From NCBI GenBank assembly GCA_965226055.1, contig CBDDCA010000006.1, positions 352,001 through 416,000 on the forward strand: a stretch of DNA of 64,000 nucleotides, given 5' to 3'. Below the pieces are notes generated by a model that was given only the letters and a program-made list of their open reading frames with translations, searched no databases and was not told the DNA's origin. This document shows positions 1 to 9,340 of the stretch, one piece after another. This DNA comes from Spirochaetia bacterium. GTDB lineage: Bacteria; Spirochaetota; Spirochaetia; WTKD01; G963693115. Numbering within the stretch: position 1 is the first letter of the stretch; each line of letters opens with the position of its first letter. Both the position numbers and the translations under genes were made by a program.

Positions 1-282
1 TTAGGCGGACTTATCTCTCCTTTAGAAGGCTTAGGTCCTGAACAACTGACTATTGATACACTCAATACACGCATAAAAACAGAAGCGTATCAAGAGATAA
101 TTCTTGCAACTCCACCTACTTTAGAAGGCGAAGTTACTGCACGGTATATTATGGATATGCATAACGATAAGCAATCTCTCTTTACGCGCATTGCACAAGG
201 CATGCCTAAAGGAGGTGATTTTGAGTTTACTGATAAATCAACTTTGTCGTATGCATTAGAAGCAAGAAAACAGTTTGAGTAG
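1..282 (+). CDS. recR: Recombination mediator RecR, C-terminal Toprim part (5' end outside window)
   Basis: Frame 1 reads LGGLISPLEGLGPEQL...EIILATPPTLEGEVTARYI...TRIAQGMPKGGDFEFTDKSTLSYALEARKQFE*, the typical RecR C-terminus. Not in the ORF track because it has no start here. Confidence 0.93.
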   Translation, partial: LGGLISPLEGLGPEQLTIDTLNTRIKTEAYQEIILATPPTLEGEVTARYIMDMHNDKQSLFTRIAQGMPKGGDFEFTDKSTLSYALEARKQFE

Positions 283-285
283 ATG

Positions 286-1143
286 CTACATATTATTGTT
301 TCTATACTGTACATCATGATTGTCAAATAACATATCTGTTTGCTGTGTTTTTTTCTGTTGAATAAAAGGCAATCTATATTCTTCTTTTATTGTTCCATTA
401 TTGTGAAGTCTGTCAAGTATCATATTATAATACTCACTATGAATCTCACAGCTTATAAAATTTCTCTGAATGTCTTTACATAATACTAACTCACTCCCAC
501 TTCCACCAAACAAAATAAAGCAAGTATCATTTTCTTTTGTACAAGACTTTATTAGCATTTCAACAAGAGGCAAAGGAATTTGACACGCATGTAATGTTTT
601 ATCCTTACTGACATTTTTCACTAAATCAAAGTAAAACCAACTATATGGCATTCTTCCTTTATGTCCATTTCTTATTCTTTCTTTAATTCTTTTATCATCA
701 GGATTTTGATATGGTACTGAAATATGATCTTTATAGAAATTATTATGTTTTGATTTTGTTGCATGGAGTATACTTCTATGCGCAGTGGTCAATCTTTGTT
801 TACTATGCCCTACATTAGTATTATATATCCATACATAGTCTTGTATATTATATGCATTATCATCTAAATACTTCACACGTAAATGAGCATTCTGTTTTGG
901 ATAATTCATCATGAAAAGATTACCTGTATGTTTTAACACCCGCATACACTCTGTAGTAAGAGCAATATACCAATCAATATATTCATTCCATTTTTTTGTA
1001 TATTGTTTCCCTGAATAATTTATACCCACATTATAATCAGGATCACCATATATCATATCTAAAGAATTATCAGGTAATTCCTTAAGAACCTCAAAGACAT
1101 CCTTATTAAAAACTTTGTTTTTATATGCTTCTATACTTCCCAT
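286..1143 (-). CDS. N6A/N4C DNA methyltransferase, beta class
   Basis: Motif IV variant GDPDYNVG precedes HACQIP and the SAM-binding motif I (ILFGGSGS), followed by ISCEI. Confidence 0.88.
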   Translation of the reverse strand: MGSIEAYKNKVFNKDVFEVLKELPDNSLDMIYGDPDYNVGINYSGKQYTKKWNEYIDWYIALTTECMRVLKHTGNLFMMNYPKQNAHLRVKYLDDNAYNIQDYVWIYNTNVGHSKQRLTTAHRSILHATKSKHNNFYKDHISVPYQNPDDKRIKERIRNGHKGRMPYSWFYFDLVKNVSKDKTLHACQIPLPLVEMLIKSCTKENDTCFILFGGSGSELVLCKDIQRNFISCEIHSEYYNMILDRLHNNGTIKEEYRLPFIQQKKTQQTDMLFDNHDVQYRNNNM

Positions 1144-1146
1144 ACT

Positions 1147-1935
1147 CTACTTATATGATAGTCTATATTCAGCAGATTTTACAAGAGTTATAGAATCTAA
1201 CTTATATACATCAGTAAATGTATATACATACATTCTAATAATAGAATGCATAGAATCTTTATCCTTCTCTCTTACGAGATAACAAGCATTTATTCCTCTC
1301 ATATCTATATTATTCTCTTTTGCTAACAAATGATAATATAAACAAGGAAGAAAGAGTTGGTATATAGCAAAATCTGTACGAAATCCATTTTTACATTCAA
1401 ATACAGTTACTTGTTTCCTATACTCTGTGGTCATATCAACTTCAATTTGTAATGTGCTAATGTTTATTCTCTCGTCTCCAATAGTATATATACAAGAAGG
1501 TATTTTTGTTCTTTTTGCAAGATATATATTAGGAACTATAGAACTATCATTGTAGAGAAAATGTGATATTATTTTTTGATTCATTCCTACTGATAAAATA
1601 TTACTTTCACTGGTATCGTATTCATTTAATAAACTTCTCTCATATTGCCATAGCTGTATACATTCATTTGGTATAGTTTCAAACATATGATACCATTTTC
1701 TTATTCCTTTTACAAACTTATGTTTACCAGCACCTAAATGAAGCACAAAATAATCCTCTTGTAGTATTTCTTCTGGCAACTTATCAGAACTATCTATTTT
1801 TGTAACATCAAAAGGATTTCCAAAAGAATGGAATTGAGCATATTGTTTTACAAGATCATTATCAAAAACAAAATTATTATCCTTTTTACACTGCCGAAAC
1901 AAAGACAATAATACTTGTTGCTTTTTATTTGCCAT
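1147..1935 (-). CDS. Putative type II restriction endonuclease (PD-(D/E)XK fold, DUF6997-like)
   Basis: QIEVD...VFECK nuclease-like motif and IYQLFLP. Lies 3 bp upstream of the MTase on the same strand. Confidence 0.65.
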   Translation of the reverse strand: MANKKQQVLLSLFRQCKKDNNFVFDNDLVKQYAQFHSFGNPFDVTKIDSSDKLPEEILQEDYFVLHLGAGKHKFVKGIRKWYHMFETIPNECIQLWQYERSLLNEYDTSESNILSVGMNQKIISHFLYNDSSIVPNIYLAKRTKIPSCIYTIGDERINISTLQIEVDMTTEYRKQVTVFECKNGFRTDFAIYQLFLPCLYYHLLAKENNIDMRGINACYLVREKDKDSMHSIIRMYVYTFTDVYKLDSITLVKSAEYRLSYK

Positions 1936-1949
1936 TACAATGTGCTAAT

Positions 1950-3263
1950 CTATAAAGATTCTGTTTCAGCAATAAACTTATCAAGGTTAAATGCACTTGG
2001 TCGTTCAATGGGTATCTCCAGTATTCTGTCAATGATGTGTTGTGACATAAGTCCTACAATACGTCCCGTACCAAAAAGTACCGTATAAAAATCAAACTCC
2101 TTTATACCTGTTGCATACAAAGCTGCTCCTGTAATGGCATCTATATTGGGGTTAGGATTGTTAATTTTTCCTTTTTTCTTCAATACATCGGGAGCGACAG
2201 AATATATCATCTGTACTATATCCAAATACTCAGAGTGTATGGTGTTATTTTGTAAAAAGTTTTGTATAAGCGTAAATCGTGGATCTTCTACACGCAATGC
2301 TGCATGTCCATACCCCGGTATTTTTTTTCCTTGATCAACATAGTCCTGTATATACTGTTGTACAAACTGTGCATCAAGCGTTTTTCCTGATGTTTCTGCA
2401 TTCTTTTTAAGAGTTTGTATCCACTTAAATGTTTCTTCATTTGCATGCCCGTGTAATGGACCAGCAAGTGCTACCATACTGGCAACACAGGTATAAAATG
2501 CATTCACAAGCGTAGAGCCTACAAGGTGACATGTATGTGCCGAAGCATTTGCAGGGCCGTGATCTGCATGAGTAAAAATAAAGAGACGTATAAAATCTTG
2601 CATGCTAGGGTTGCTTATTCCCATCATATTTGCTAAGTTGCCTGCCCAATCAAGATAGTAATTTGGGGATATACTATCGACTTCTTTACAGTAGCGAGTG
2701 TATATATACGAAGCAATCTGATTAAGTCCCGCAATAAGAGTCATTGCATCACTATACGAATAATCCCAATAGGTTTCCTTTGGTATCCCCATATCGTATT
2801 TTTCCATAAATGTGGATGTTGTTGTCCAACAGAGTAAGGCTACACAAAAACGCGTCATAGCACTACTTTTTTTAGGAAGGTTATCAATAACACTAAAAAT
2901 ATGATGCGGAATATGTGTTCGCATAAGCAGATGTAACCGTAAATCTTCAGCTTGTTTCTCTGTAGGGCATTCTCCAGTAAGTAAAAACCATAGTAATGAT
3001 TCTGTGCTGGGCACTGCAGAGTCTTGAAATGTAGGGAGTAGCTCAACCACTTCCGCTAAGGGTTTGCCACGATAATATACTCCTTTATCTGCAAAGACAA
3101 TAGATGTGGGAGTATAGAGTAATGGAAGTCCTCGCATTCCATAATATACATCATGGGGAGTGATTGTTCCTGTCGAGAGCTTTCCTTTTTGCTTTATGAT
3201 ATCTACAATTTTTTTTCGTAATACTATATTCTTTTCGTAGGTAAGTGTCTTTAGTTCTTTCAT
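1950..3263 (-). CDS. gltA: Citrate synthase, eukaryote-like type
   Basis: YYGMRGL, DHGPANASAH, LAGPLHGHANE, IPGYGHAALR, DPRF, NPNIDA, PIERP motifs; 437 aa. Confidence 0.88.
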   Translation of the reverse strand: MKELKTLTYEKNIVLRKKIVDIIKQKGKLSTGTITPHDVYYGMRGLPLLYTPTSIVFADKGVYYRGKPLAEVVELLPTFQDSAVPSTESLLWFLLTGECPTEKQAEDLRLHLLMRTHIPHHIFSVIDNLPKKSSAMTRFCVALLCWTTTSTFMEKYDMGIPKETYWDYSYSDAMTLIAGLNQIASYIYTRYCKEVDSISPNYYLDWAGNLANMMGISNPSMQDFIRLFIFTHADHGPANASAHTCHLVGSTLVNAFYTCVASMVALAGPLHGHANEETFKWIQTLKKNAETSGKTLDAQFVQQYIQDYVDQGKKIPGYGHAALRVEDPRFTLIQNFLQNNTIHSEYLDIVQMIYSVAPDVLKKKGKINNPNPNIDAITGAALYATGIKEFDFYTVLFGTGRIVGLMSQHIIDRILEIPIERPSAFNLDKFIAETESL

Positions 3264-4339
3264 AATTTATTTATAATCTCCTGTGTAAAAATATCGGTAG
3301 ATACTGCCTTTGAGGATTCTTCGGAAGGCAATAGATCTACAGTGAGTGCTTTTCTTTCTTGTAATACAGAAAACAATGCTTGTTCTAGCGTATCGGCTGC
3401 TTTTTGTTCTTGAATATCACGCAGTAACATAATACCACACAAAATCAATGCAGTAGGATTTAGCATATTTCTGCCTGCAAACTCTGGAGCTGCTCCATGC
3501 GTAGCTTCGTATACAGTAGCTTGCTGTCCAATGTTTGAGCCAGGAGCAACCCCTAGCCCTCCCATCAGTCCTGCACAAAGATCGGATACAATATCACCAT
3601 ATAAATTAGGGAGCAGTAACATATCGAAACTTTCGGGAACTTGCACCAATTTCATACACAAAGCATCTATGAGTACATGGTCGCATTCTATGTCGTATTT
3701 ACTAGCTTCATCTTTTGCTACTTCCAAAAAGAGTCCATCACTATATTTCATAATATTAGACTTTGTTACTATAGTGAGCTTATTTCTGTTATTACGTGCT
3801 GCATATTCACAACTAAACTTACAAATACGTCTCGTGGCTACTTCACTTATTGCTTTTATTGAAATACCTGCCTCTAAGGGTATTTGCTTTGTATTGAGTG
3901 CATTACATTGACGAATAAGCTGCTGTGTGGCTTCTTTGTGCGCTTCAAACTCTACTCCTGCATACAAATCTTCTGTATTTTCACGTACAATAACTATATC
4001 AATATTTTTTGTATCTCCAAACGGTGAAGGAATACCAGGCAATGTTTTACATGGACGTACACAAGCAAATAAATCAAGTGTCTGTCGCAGTGCAACATTT
4101 ACGCTACGAAACCCTTTTCCTATAGGAGTAATAATTGGCCCCTTGAGTGCCAATTTTGTTTTCTTTATTTCCTCTAATACATGTTCAGGTAAAAGAGATT
4201 GTTCTTTCTCAGCAACAGAGGCCCCTGCTTGCTTTTCTATCCAATGTATGGACGCTCCACTTGCATCAATACATTTTCGCGTAGCTTCTACTAATTCGGG
4301 ACCTACGCCATCCCCTGGAATCAATACTACATTTTTCAT
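3260..4339 (-). CDS. icd: Isocitrate/isopropylmalate dehydrogenase family protein, probably isocitrate dehydrogenase
   Basis: IPGDGVGPE, LKGPIITP, RSVNVALRQ, RENTEDLY, PNLYGDIVSD, EATHG. Overlaps the citrate synthase start by 4 bp. Confidence 0.85.
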   Translation of the reverse strand: MKNVVLIPGDGVGPELVEATRKCIDASGASIHWIEKQAGASVAEKEQSLLPEHVLEEIKKTKLALKGPIITPIGKGFRSVNVALRQTLDLFACVRPCKTLPGIPSPFGDTKNIDIVIVRENTEDLYAGVEFEAHKEATQQLIRQCNALNTKQIPLEAGISIKAISEVATRRICKFSCEYAARNNRNKLTIVTKSNIMKYSDGLFLEVAKDEASKYDIECDHVLIDALCMKLVQVPESFDMLLLPNLYGDIVSDLCAGLMGGLGVAPGSNIGQQATVYEATHGAAPEFAGRNMLNPTALILCGIMLLRDIQEQKAADTLEQALFSVLQERKALTVDLLPSEESSKAVSTDIFTQEIINKL

Positions 4340-4398
4340 ATTCTTATTATACTGTTTTTTAACTTATCATGTTAGAAAAGATGTATTTTATCTTTCTT

Positions 4399-7200
4399 CT
4401 ATTTATGGTATATGTCAGTATATTCATGAAATTGTTCTCTTACTGCATCTATTTTTTCATTTCGTTCTATAAGTTTGTATTTTTTGATAAACATAGCTTC
4501 TATTTCGTCTCCTAACGGTTCTTTGTTATCATACAGATAATTGTCAATCATTTGCCAAAAAGCATCTTGTTCTAGCTGATATTCTTCACATATCCGTTTG
4601 AGTGCTTTCTTTCGCTCCCCTTCAACAAAGGACTCGTATGCTTCTTCTATGTTGATATCATGTGCTTGTGATGAAACACGCTCTATAAAATTTTCAATAA
4701 GCTGTTTTTTACTTCGTAACTGTGGGTTTGCATCAATGGTGGCATATATTTTTTCTTTGAGTGATTGTTGTTTATCCTTTGGTGCATTGAATAAATCAGT
4801 CAGCAAACGTAGGATGTAGTCTACAGTAATATCATCTTTTTGGATAAGCTGTAGCTCAAAATCTATGTCATCGATAATTGATTCTTTGCTTCTGTTGTTT
4901 TTTGTTTTATCATGTATATCAAGATACTTAGAGGTATAATTTTCAAACTCCTGCTCAGAGAGGGGTATATTATCATCATCCCATGTAAAATCACTAAAGC
5001 CCTTGAGAGTATTTATGACACGCATGAGATCTCTAAATGCTTTAATAAAGGCAAGCGTCTCCTCTTCGCCTTTGAGGGCATCCACATCTTCTACATGTGG
5101 AGCAATAGCAATAAGTGCATCGTAGGCTTGCTTACATTGTTCCACATAATCCTGATATGGCTGTAAAAGAATGGTATCTTTTGCATCTTTGTTTGAAAAT
5201 AAGGCTATAGCCTCATCTGTTTTTTGTTTTAGATTGCGGAAACATACGATATTGCCATGACTTTTTTGCTCGTTATATATACGGTTGGTGCGTGAAAATG
5301 CCTGTATGAGTCCATGATACTGCAGGGATTTATCAACATATAATGTATTCAGGAACTTGCTATCAAAGCCTGTCAAAAACATGTTTACTACTATCAGTAT
5401 ATCTATTTCTTTTTTTCGTACACGTTTTGAAATATTATTGTAGTAATCATAAAAACTGTCAGTACTGTGTGCTGTGTACTGCGTAGTAAACATTTTATTA
5501 TAGTCCTGTATACATGTTTCAAGTGCATCTCTTGCGTAGCTGTTGATAGCTCCTTGATTATCATCACGTACAGAAGCTATATCGGGGATAGTATGTGCAT
5601 TCATTTCTTCTTCATTTTGAGAATAGCTGAACACTGTTGCAATTTTGAGATCATGCTCTTTTTTCTTAAAGAGAGCATAGTAACGAATAAGCACTTCAAT
5701 AGAAGGAACACAGAGTATGGCAGTGTATTGCTTTTTATGTGTTTTTTGTGAATGATGCGTAAGAATATAATCTACTATTTTTTCTATTCGTTTGTCACTC
5801 CCTAAAAATTCCTTTGTATCTATGTCTTCTACTGATATGTCTATGGTATTCTTGCTCTGCTCATTTTCTTTATAGCGTCCTACATATTCCACAGAAAAGC
5901 GTAGCACATTACCATCACGGATAGCATCAACAATGGTATAGCGGTGCAGACTTTTGCCAAATACAGAAGCAGTGGTTTTATCATTTTTTTGTGCGTTTTC
6001 TTCAAATATAGGAGTGCCTGTAAATCCTATAAGCTGATGCTGTGGAAAGAAAGAGGTGATATTTTTATGCGTTACTCCAAACTGGCTTCTATGACATTCA
6101 TCAAAAATACATACTATTTTTTTATTTTTTATGTTTTGTAGCTTTGTTTGGTGTTTCTCTACTGCTATATTGAGTTTTTGAATGGTGGTAATAATGAGTT
6201 TTTTATTGTTATCTTGTAATTGTTGTATGAGATGTTTTGTGTGTTCTGTAGCATCTACACTGCCCTCACTAAAGCTATTAAATTCTTTGCTAGTCTGATA
6301 GTCAAGATCTTTTCTGTCCACTACAAACAGTATTTTATCGATTGTTGCATCTTGCGTGAGAATCTGAGATGCCTTAAACGAGGTGAGTGTTTTTCCACTG
6401 CCAGTAGTATGCCAAATGTAGCCATTGTTGGTGGTGTTCTGCACCGTATTGACAATTTCTTCTACTGCATAAAACTGATAAGGACGCAATACTAACATCT
6501 TTTCTTCAGCTTCTGACAAGACTATGTAGCGACATATCATTTTTGATATATGGCATTTTTCTAAAAAAATTGAGGTAAAATCCTCTAATCGTGATACTAT
6601 GGTATTATCTTTTTCTGCCCAAAAAAATGTTTGCTTAACATTCAAGTCTCTATTGTTTGCATAGTACTTTGTGTTCACTCCATTGCTAATAATAAATATC
6701 TGTATGTATTGAAATAAAGCGGTGTTGCTTCCATACGAATGTTTTTGATACCGAGATACTTGTTGAAAGGCTTCTTTTATTTCTAAGCCTCTGCGTTTTA
6801 ATTCTACTTGAACAAGAGGGAAGCCATTTATCAACAGTGTTACATCATATCGATTATGATATTGTCCTTGTACTGATATTTGCCGACTTACTTGAAAGAG
6901 GTTTTTGCACCAATGCTCGCTGTTTAAGAATCGTATATGTACAGTAGTCCCATCATCTCTATGTATAAGGCATCTGTCACGGAGTATTTTTGCTTTTTCA
7001 AAAATGTTCCCTTTGTGTAAGTGATGGAGTACCTGTGTAAACTCTGCCTTACTGAGACTTATGTCATTAAGTGCTTCTAGTTGTCGTTTTAGGTTTGCCT
7101 TCAGTTCGGCTTCGTTGCTAATAGGTACATACTCATAGCCCATGCTTTGTAGCTGTGATACAAGGCGTGCTTCTAACTCGTGTTCTGATTGAGTGGACAT
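4399..7200 (-). CDS. hsdR: Type I restriction enzyme R subunit
   Basis: Nuclease motif YDVTLLING...QVELK, Walker A HTTGSGKT, DECHRSQ, FTGTP, MFLTGFD, IQAFSRTNR. Confidence 0.96.
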   Translation of the reverse strand: MSTQSEHELEARLVSQLQSMGYEYVPISNEAELKANLKRQLEALNDISLSKAEFTQVLHHLHKGNIFEKAKILRDRCLIHRDDGTTVHIRFLNSEHWCKNLFQVSRQISVQGQYHNRYDVTLLINGFPLVQVELKRRGLEIKEAFQQVSRYQKHSYGSNTALFQYIQIFIISNGVNTKYYANNRDLNVKQTFFWAEKDNTIVSRLEDFTSIFLEKCHISKMICRYIVLSEAEEKMLVLRPYQFYAVEEIVNTVQNTTNNGYIWHTTGSGKTLTSFKASQILTQDATIDKILFVVDRKDLDYQTSKEFNSFSEGSVDATEHTKHLIQQLQDNNKKLIITTIQKLNIAVEKHQTKLQNIKNKKIVCIFDECHRSQFGVTHKNITSFFPQHQLIGFTGTPIFEENAQKNDKTTASVFGKSLHRYTIVDAIRDGNVLRFSVEYVGRYKENEQSKNTIDISVEDIDTKEFLGSDKRIEKIVDYILTHHSQKTHKKQYTAILCVPSIEVLIRYYALFKKKEHDLKIATVFSYSQNEEEMNAHTIPDIASVRDDNQGAINSYARDALETCIQDYNKMFTTQYTAHSTDSFYDYYNNISKRVRKKEIDILIVVNMFLTGFDSKFLNTLYVDKSLQYHGLIQAFSRTNRIYNEQKSHGNIVCFRNLKQKTDEAIALFSNKDAKDTILLQPYQDYVEQCKQAYDALIAIAPHVEDVDALKGEEETLAFIKAFRDLMRVINTLKGFSDFTWDDDNIPLSEQEFENYTSKYLDIHDKTKNNRSKESIIDDIDFELQLIQKDDITVDYILRLLTDLFNAPKDKQQSLKEKIYATIDANPQLRSKKQLIENFIERVSSQAHDINIEEAYESFVEGERKKALKRICEEYQLEQDAFWQMIDNYLYDNKEPLGDEIEAMFIKKYKLIERNEKIDAVREQFHEYTDIYHK

Positions 7201-7338
7201 AGCTTTATTATAGTATACTTACTTTTCTTGCTCCTTTGTCGCATTTAGTCCTTGAATCCGCAGAAATGGCATATAATAACGCCCGTTTAATAGTGAAACC
7301 ACAAAGTGATTGGTTAAAACTTACATAAGAAGCTATTT

Positions 7339-8793
7339 TTACACAAACATCCTTTGTAATAGGCCTTTCTTATACAGCTTTGTAAGTGCTACTTGTTTCT
7401 GTGTGAGTGATATTTTTGTGTCAAGGCTCTGTAAGAAAGAGCCTATCTTTTGTTGTTCTTTTATTGATGCAGGAATTTTTATACGAATAGAACTCATTAC
7501 ATCATTCATCAATTTTGGATTACCCACATATGATACAAATTTCTTTGTTATTGCATTAAGAATTTCTGCAATACATACATTTGCATACCCTTTATCACTT
7601 TTTAACACTCCACATACATTAGTACAGTAAAATTTTCCTTTTCTATAATTCACATCCCCAGCATTAGCTCCATCTGTTGTCCATGTAATACAATTTTCAA
7701 ATAAATATTTATGATAGTATCCCATTAAGCCTTTATTTTTTGTTTGTGAAGAAAAAACAGGATAAACATAGTGATCTGTTTGTATTGGGGATATATCTGT
7801 TTTGGATAAAACAAGCCCTCGTGTTACATAAAATATCTCACCTATTTCCCTCTCTTGCCAATCGGGATACTCGTTTCCTTGTTCGTCCTTAAAGCGTAGC
7901 TCCTGTGAAAAAAGTTTTTGCATGATGCCTTTTTTGTATGACTGCAACAGTACTACTTTTCTTTCAAGGAGCTGTATCTTTGTGTCTACACTCTCCAGAA
8001 AAGAGACTATCTTTTGTTGTTCAGGCAGGGAAGGACACCCTATTTGAAACTCTTTAATATCTCTTGAGTTCACAGATTCAAAGGTACTCCCTTGCGAATA
8101 CTTTTTCCATAGATGCTCAGCGTTGATTAACGCATAGTAGAAAAATGTATAACTTGAAGTACGGATAGCACACATTCCACGCCCTATAATACCATTATGT
8201 ACGGATAAAGCTATATCCCCAACAGGAGCTCGTACGCTCATTAAAATATCATTTACAAAACATCGTTGTGTTATTTCTGTTGTCCAAACACGAGGGACTG
8301 TTCTTCTGTTTTTTATATCAGCATTCCCTTGAAATAATGGCTCTCCTTTTTGAATACCATTATAATGTTCTGATTTAGGAGAACTTCCCATAAAAATCTC
8401 AGCCACTTCTCCTAATTGCTTCTCTTGCCAATCAGGAAAATCAGAGCCATCGTCCTGCTTGAAGCGTATGAGAGGATTTTTCTGCTTGAGAGGAAATGCT
8501 ATTTTATGCGTATCTATTGCCTTTTGAAATTTTTCAGAAATAGCATTCATATCAAGCACATCCACTGTATACGGTAATCGAGATTCTTCAAAATTGTACT
8601 TGAGACGAGCAATAATGACAGTATCAATCTTTTTGTCTGCTTCTAGGGCAAGATCTAAATCAGAGTAATCCTGTGCTTGTCCCTTTACACGACTTCCAAA
8701 TACCCATACTTTACATCCTGCAGGGACATATCTAGACAGTATAGAAGAAACAATATTGAACTCTTGCTTTTTTATATCAAAGTTGAGTTTCAT
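7339..8793 (-). CDS. hsdS: Minimal nucleotidyltransferase (MNT) fused to type I specificity subunit HsdS
   Basis: About aa 1-100 carry VWVFGSRVKGQAQDYSDLDL (GSX10DXD) and LPYTVDVLD. The rest has two TRDs with conserved spacers (IRFKQDDGSDFPDW, PSLPEQQKI, KKGIMQKLF, LRFKDEQGNEYPDW, EQQKIG, KKGLLQRMFV). Single uninterrupted ORF. Confidence 0.92.
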   Translation of the reverse strand: MKLNFDIKKQEFNIVSSILSRYVPAGCKVWVFGSRVKGQAQDYSDLDLALEADKKIDTVIIARLKYNFEESRLPYTVDVLDMNAISEKFQKAIDTHKIAFPLKQKNPLIRFKQDDGSDFPDWQEKQLGEVAEIFMGSSPKSEHYNGIQKGEPLFQGNADIKNRRTVPRVWTTEITQRCFVNDILMSVRAPVGDIALSVHNGIIGRGMCAIRTSSYTFFYYALINAEHLWKKYSQGSTFESVNSRDIKEFQIGCPSLPEQQKIVSFLESVDTKIQLLERKVVLLQSYKKGIMQKLFSQELRFKDEQGNEYPDWQEREIGEIFYVTRGLVLSKTDISPIQTDHYVYPVFSSQTKNKGLMGYYHKYLFENCITWTTDGANAGDVNYRKGKFYCTNVCGVLKSDKGYANVCIAEILNAITKKFVSYVGNPKLMNDVMSSIRIKIPASIKEQQKIGSFLQSLDTKISLTQKQVALTKLYKKGLLQRMFV

Positions 8794-9313
8794 AATATTT
8801 TTCTAGCTTCTCCAAAAGGTATTCGGCTTCTGCTAAAAAAAGAGGTAATTGCTCTACAATATCTATTGCCATAGCTTCATTATATCCATGAGAAGTTTTG
8901 TTTCGGTTGGCTCTATACTCCGACCACACATCCCAGCTGTGTAGGATAATTCCTTTTTCTGCAGCTAAGCGTACTTTATTTTGTAAATCCATATGTTTTA
9001 TATCGCTTGGATTATCAACAATATTTTTTAAATGCCGTGTCATAAATTTCAAGGATAAATCATAGCAATATTCAAAACGCTGAATACAAGAGTCTCGTAT
9101 ATAATCAATCTTTGATATAATTTCTAATAATACATATGATGATATTCTACCCTTGATACCCTTACTTAAAATTTGTTTTTTTAAAAATTCTTCAAATAAT
9201 GCTAATTCTCCAGATTCTTCCTTCTCTTTTAATTTTTGCGCGTCATTTAATACTTCCTTATAAGTAGAGATAGCATTTCTCAGTGGCGTTAAGTCCAGTT
9301 GCTCTTCGTGCAT
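8777..9313 (-). CDS. HEPN-domain toxin (HI0074 / nucleotidyltransferase substrate-binding family)
   Basis: LDLTPLRNA, IRDSCIQRFEYCYDLS and RNKTSHGY (RX4HXY). Overlaps the MNT-hsdS start by 17 bp. Confidence 0.88.
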   Translation of the reverse strand: MHEEQLDLTPLRNAISTYKEVLNDAQKLKEKEESGELALFEEFLKKQILSKGIKGRISSYVLLEIISKIDYIRDSCIQRFEYCYDLSLKFMTRHLKNIVDNPSDIKHMDLQNKVRLAAEKGIILHSWDVWSEYRANRNKTSHGYNEAMAIDIVEQLPLFLAEAEYLLEKLEKYYETQL

Positions 9314-9340
9314 ATTTCACATATTACTATACTTTTCAGA

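Noticed and set aside
90-326. 78-aa minus-strand ORF
   Set aside because: Shadow of the recR 3' end on the plus strand.
3531-4472. Long plus-strand ORFs (126 and 181 aa), and similar short overlapping ORFs across the window
   Set aside because: They are antisense or off-frame to well-supported genes and have no recognisable motifs.
7270-7322. attC-like site between hsdS and hsdR (minus strand TTTTAAC...TTAAACGGGCGTTAT)
   Set aside because: The right end resembles attC ends, but the inner boxes do not pair, it is short, and there is no integron integrase or cassette array.
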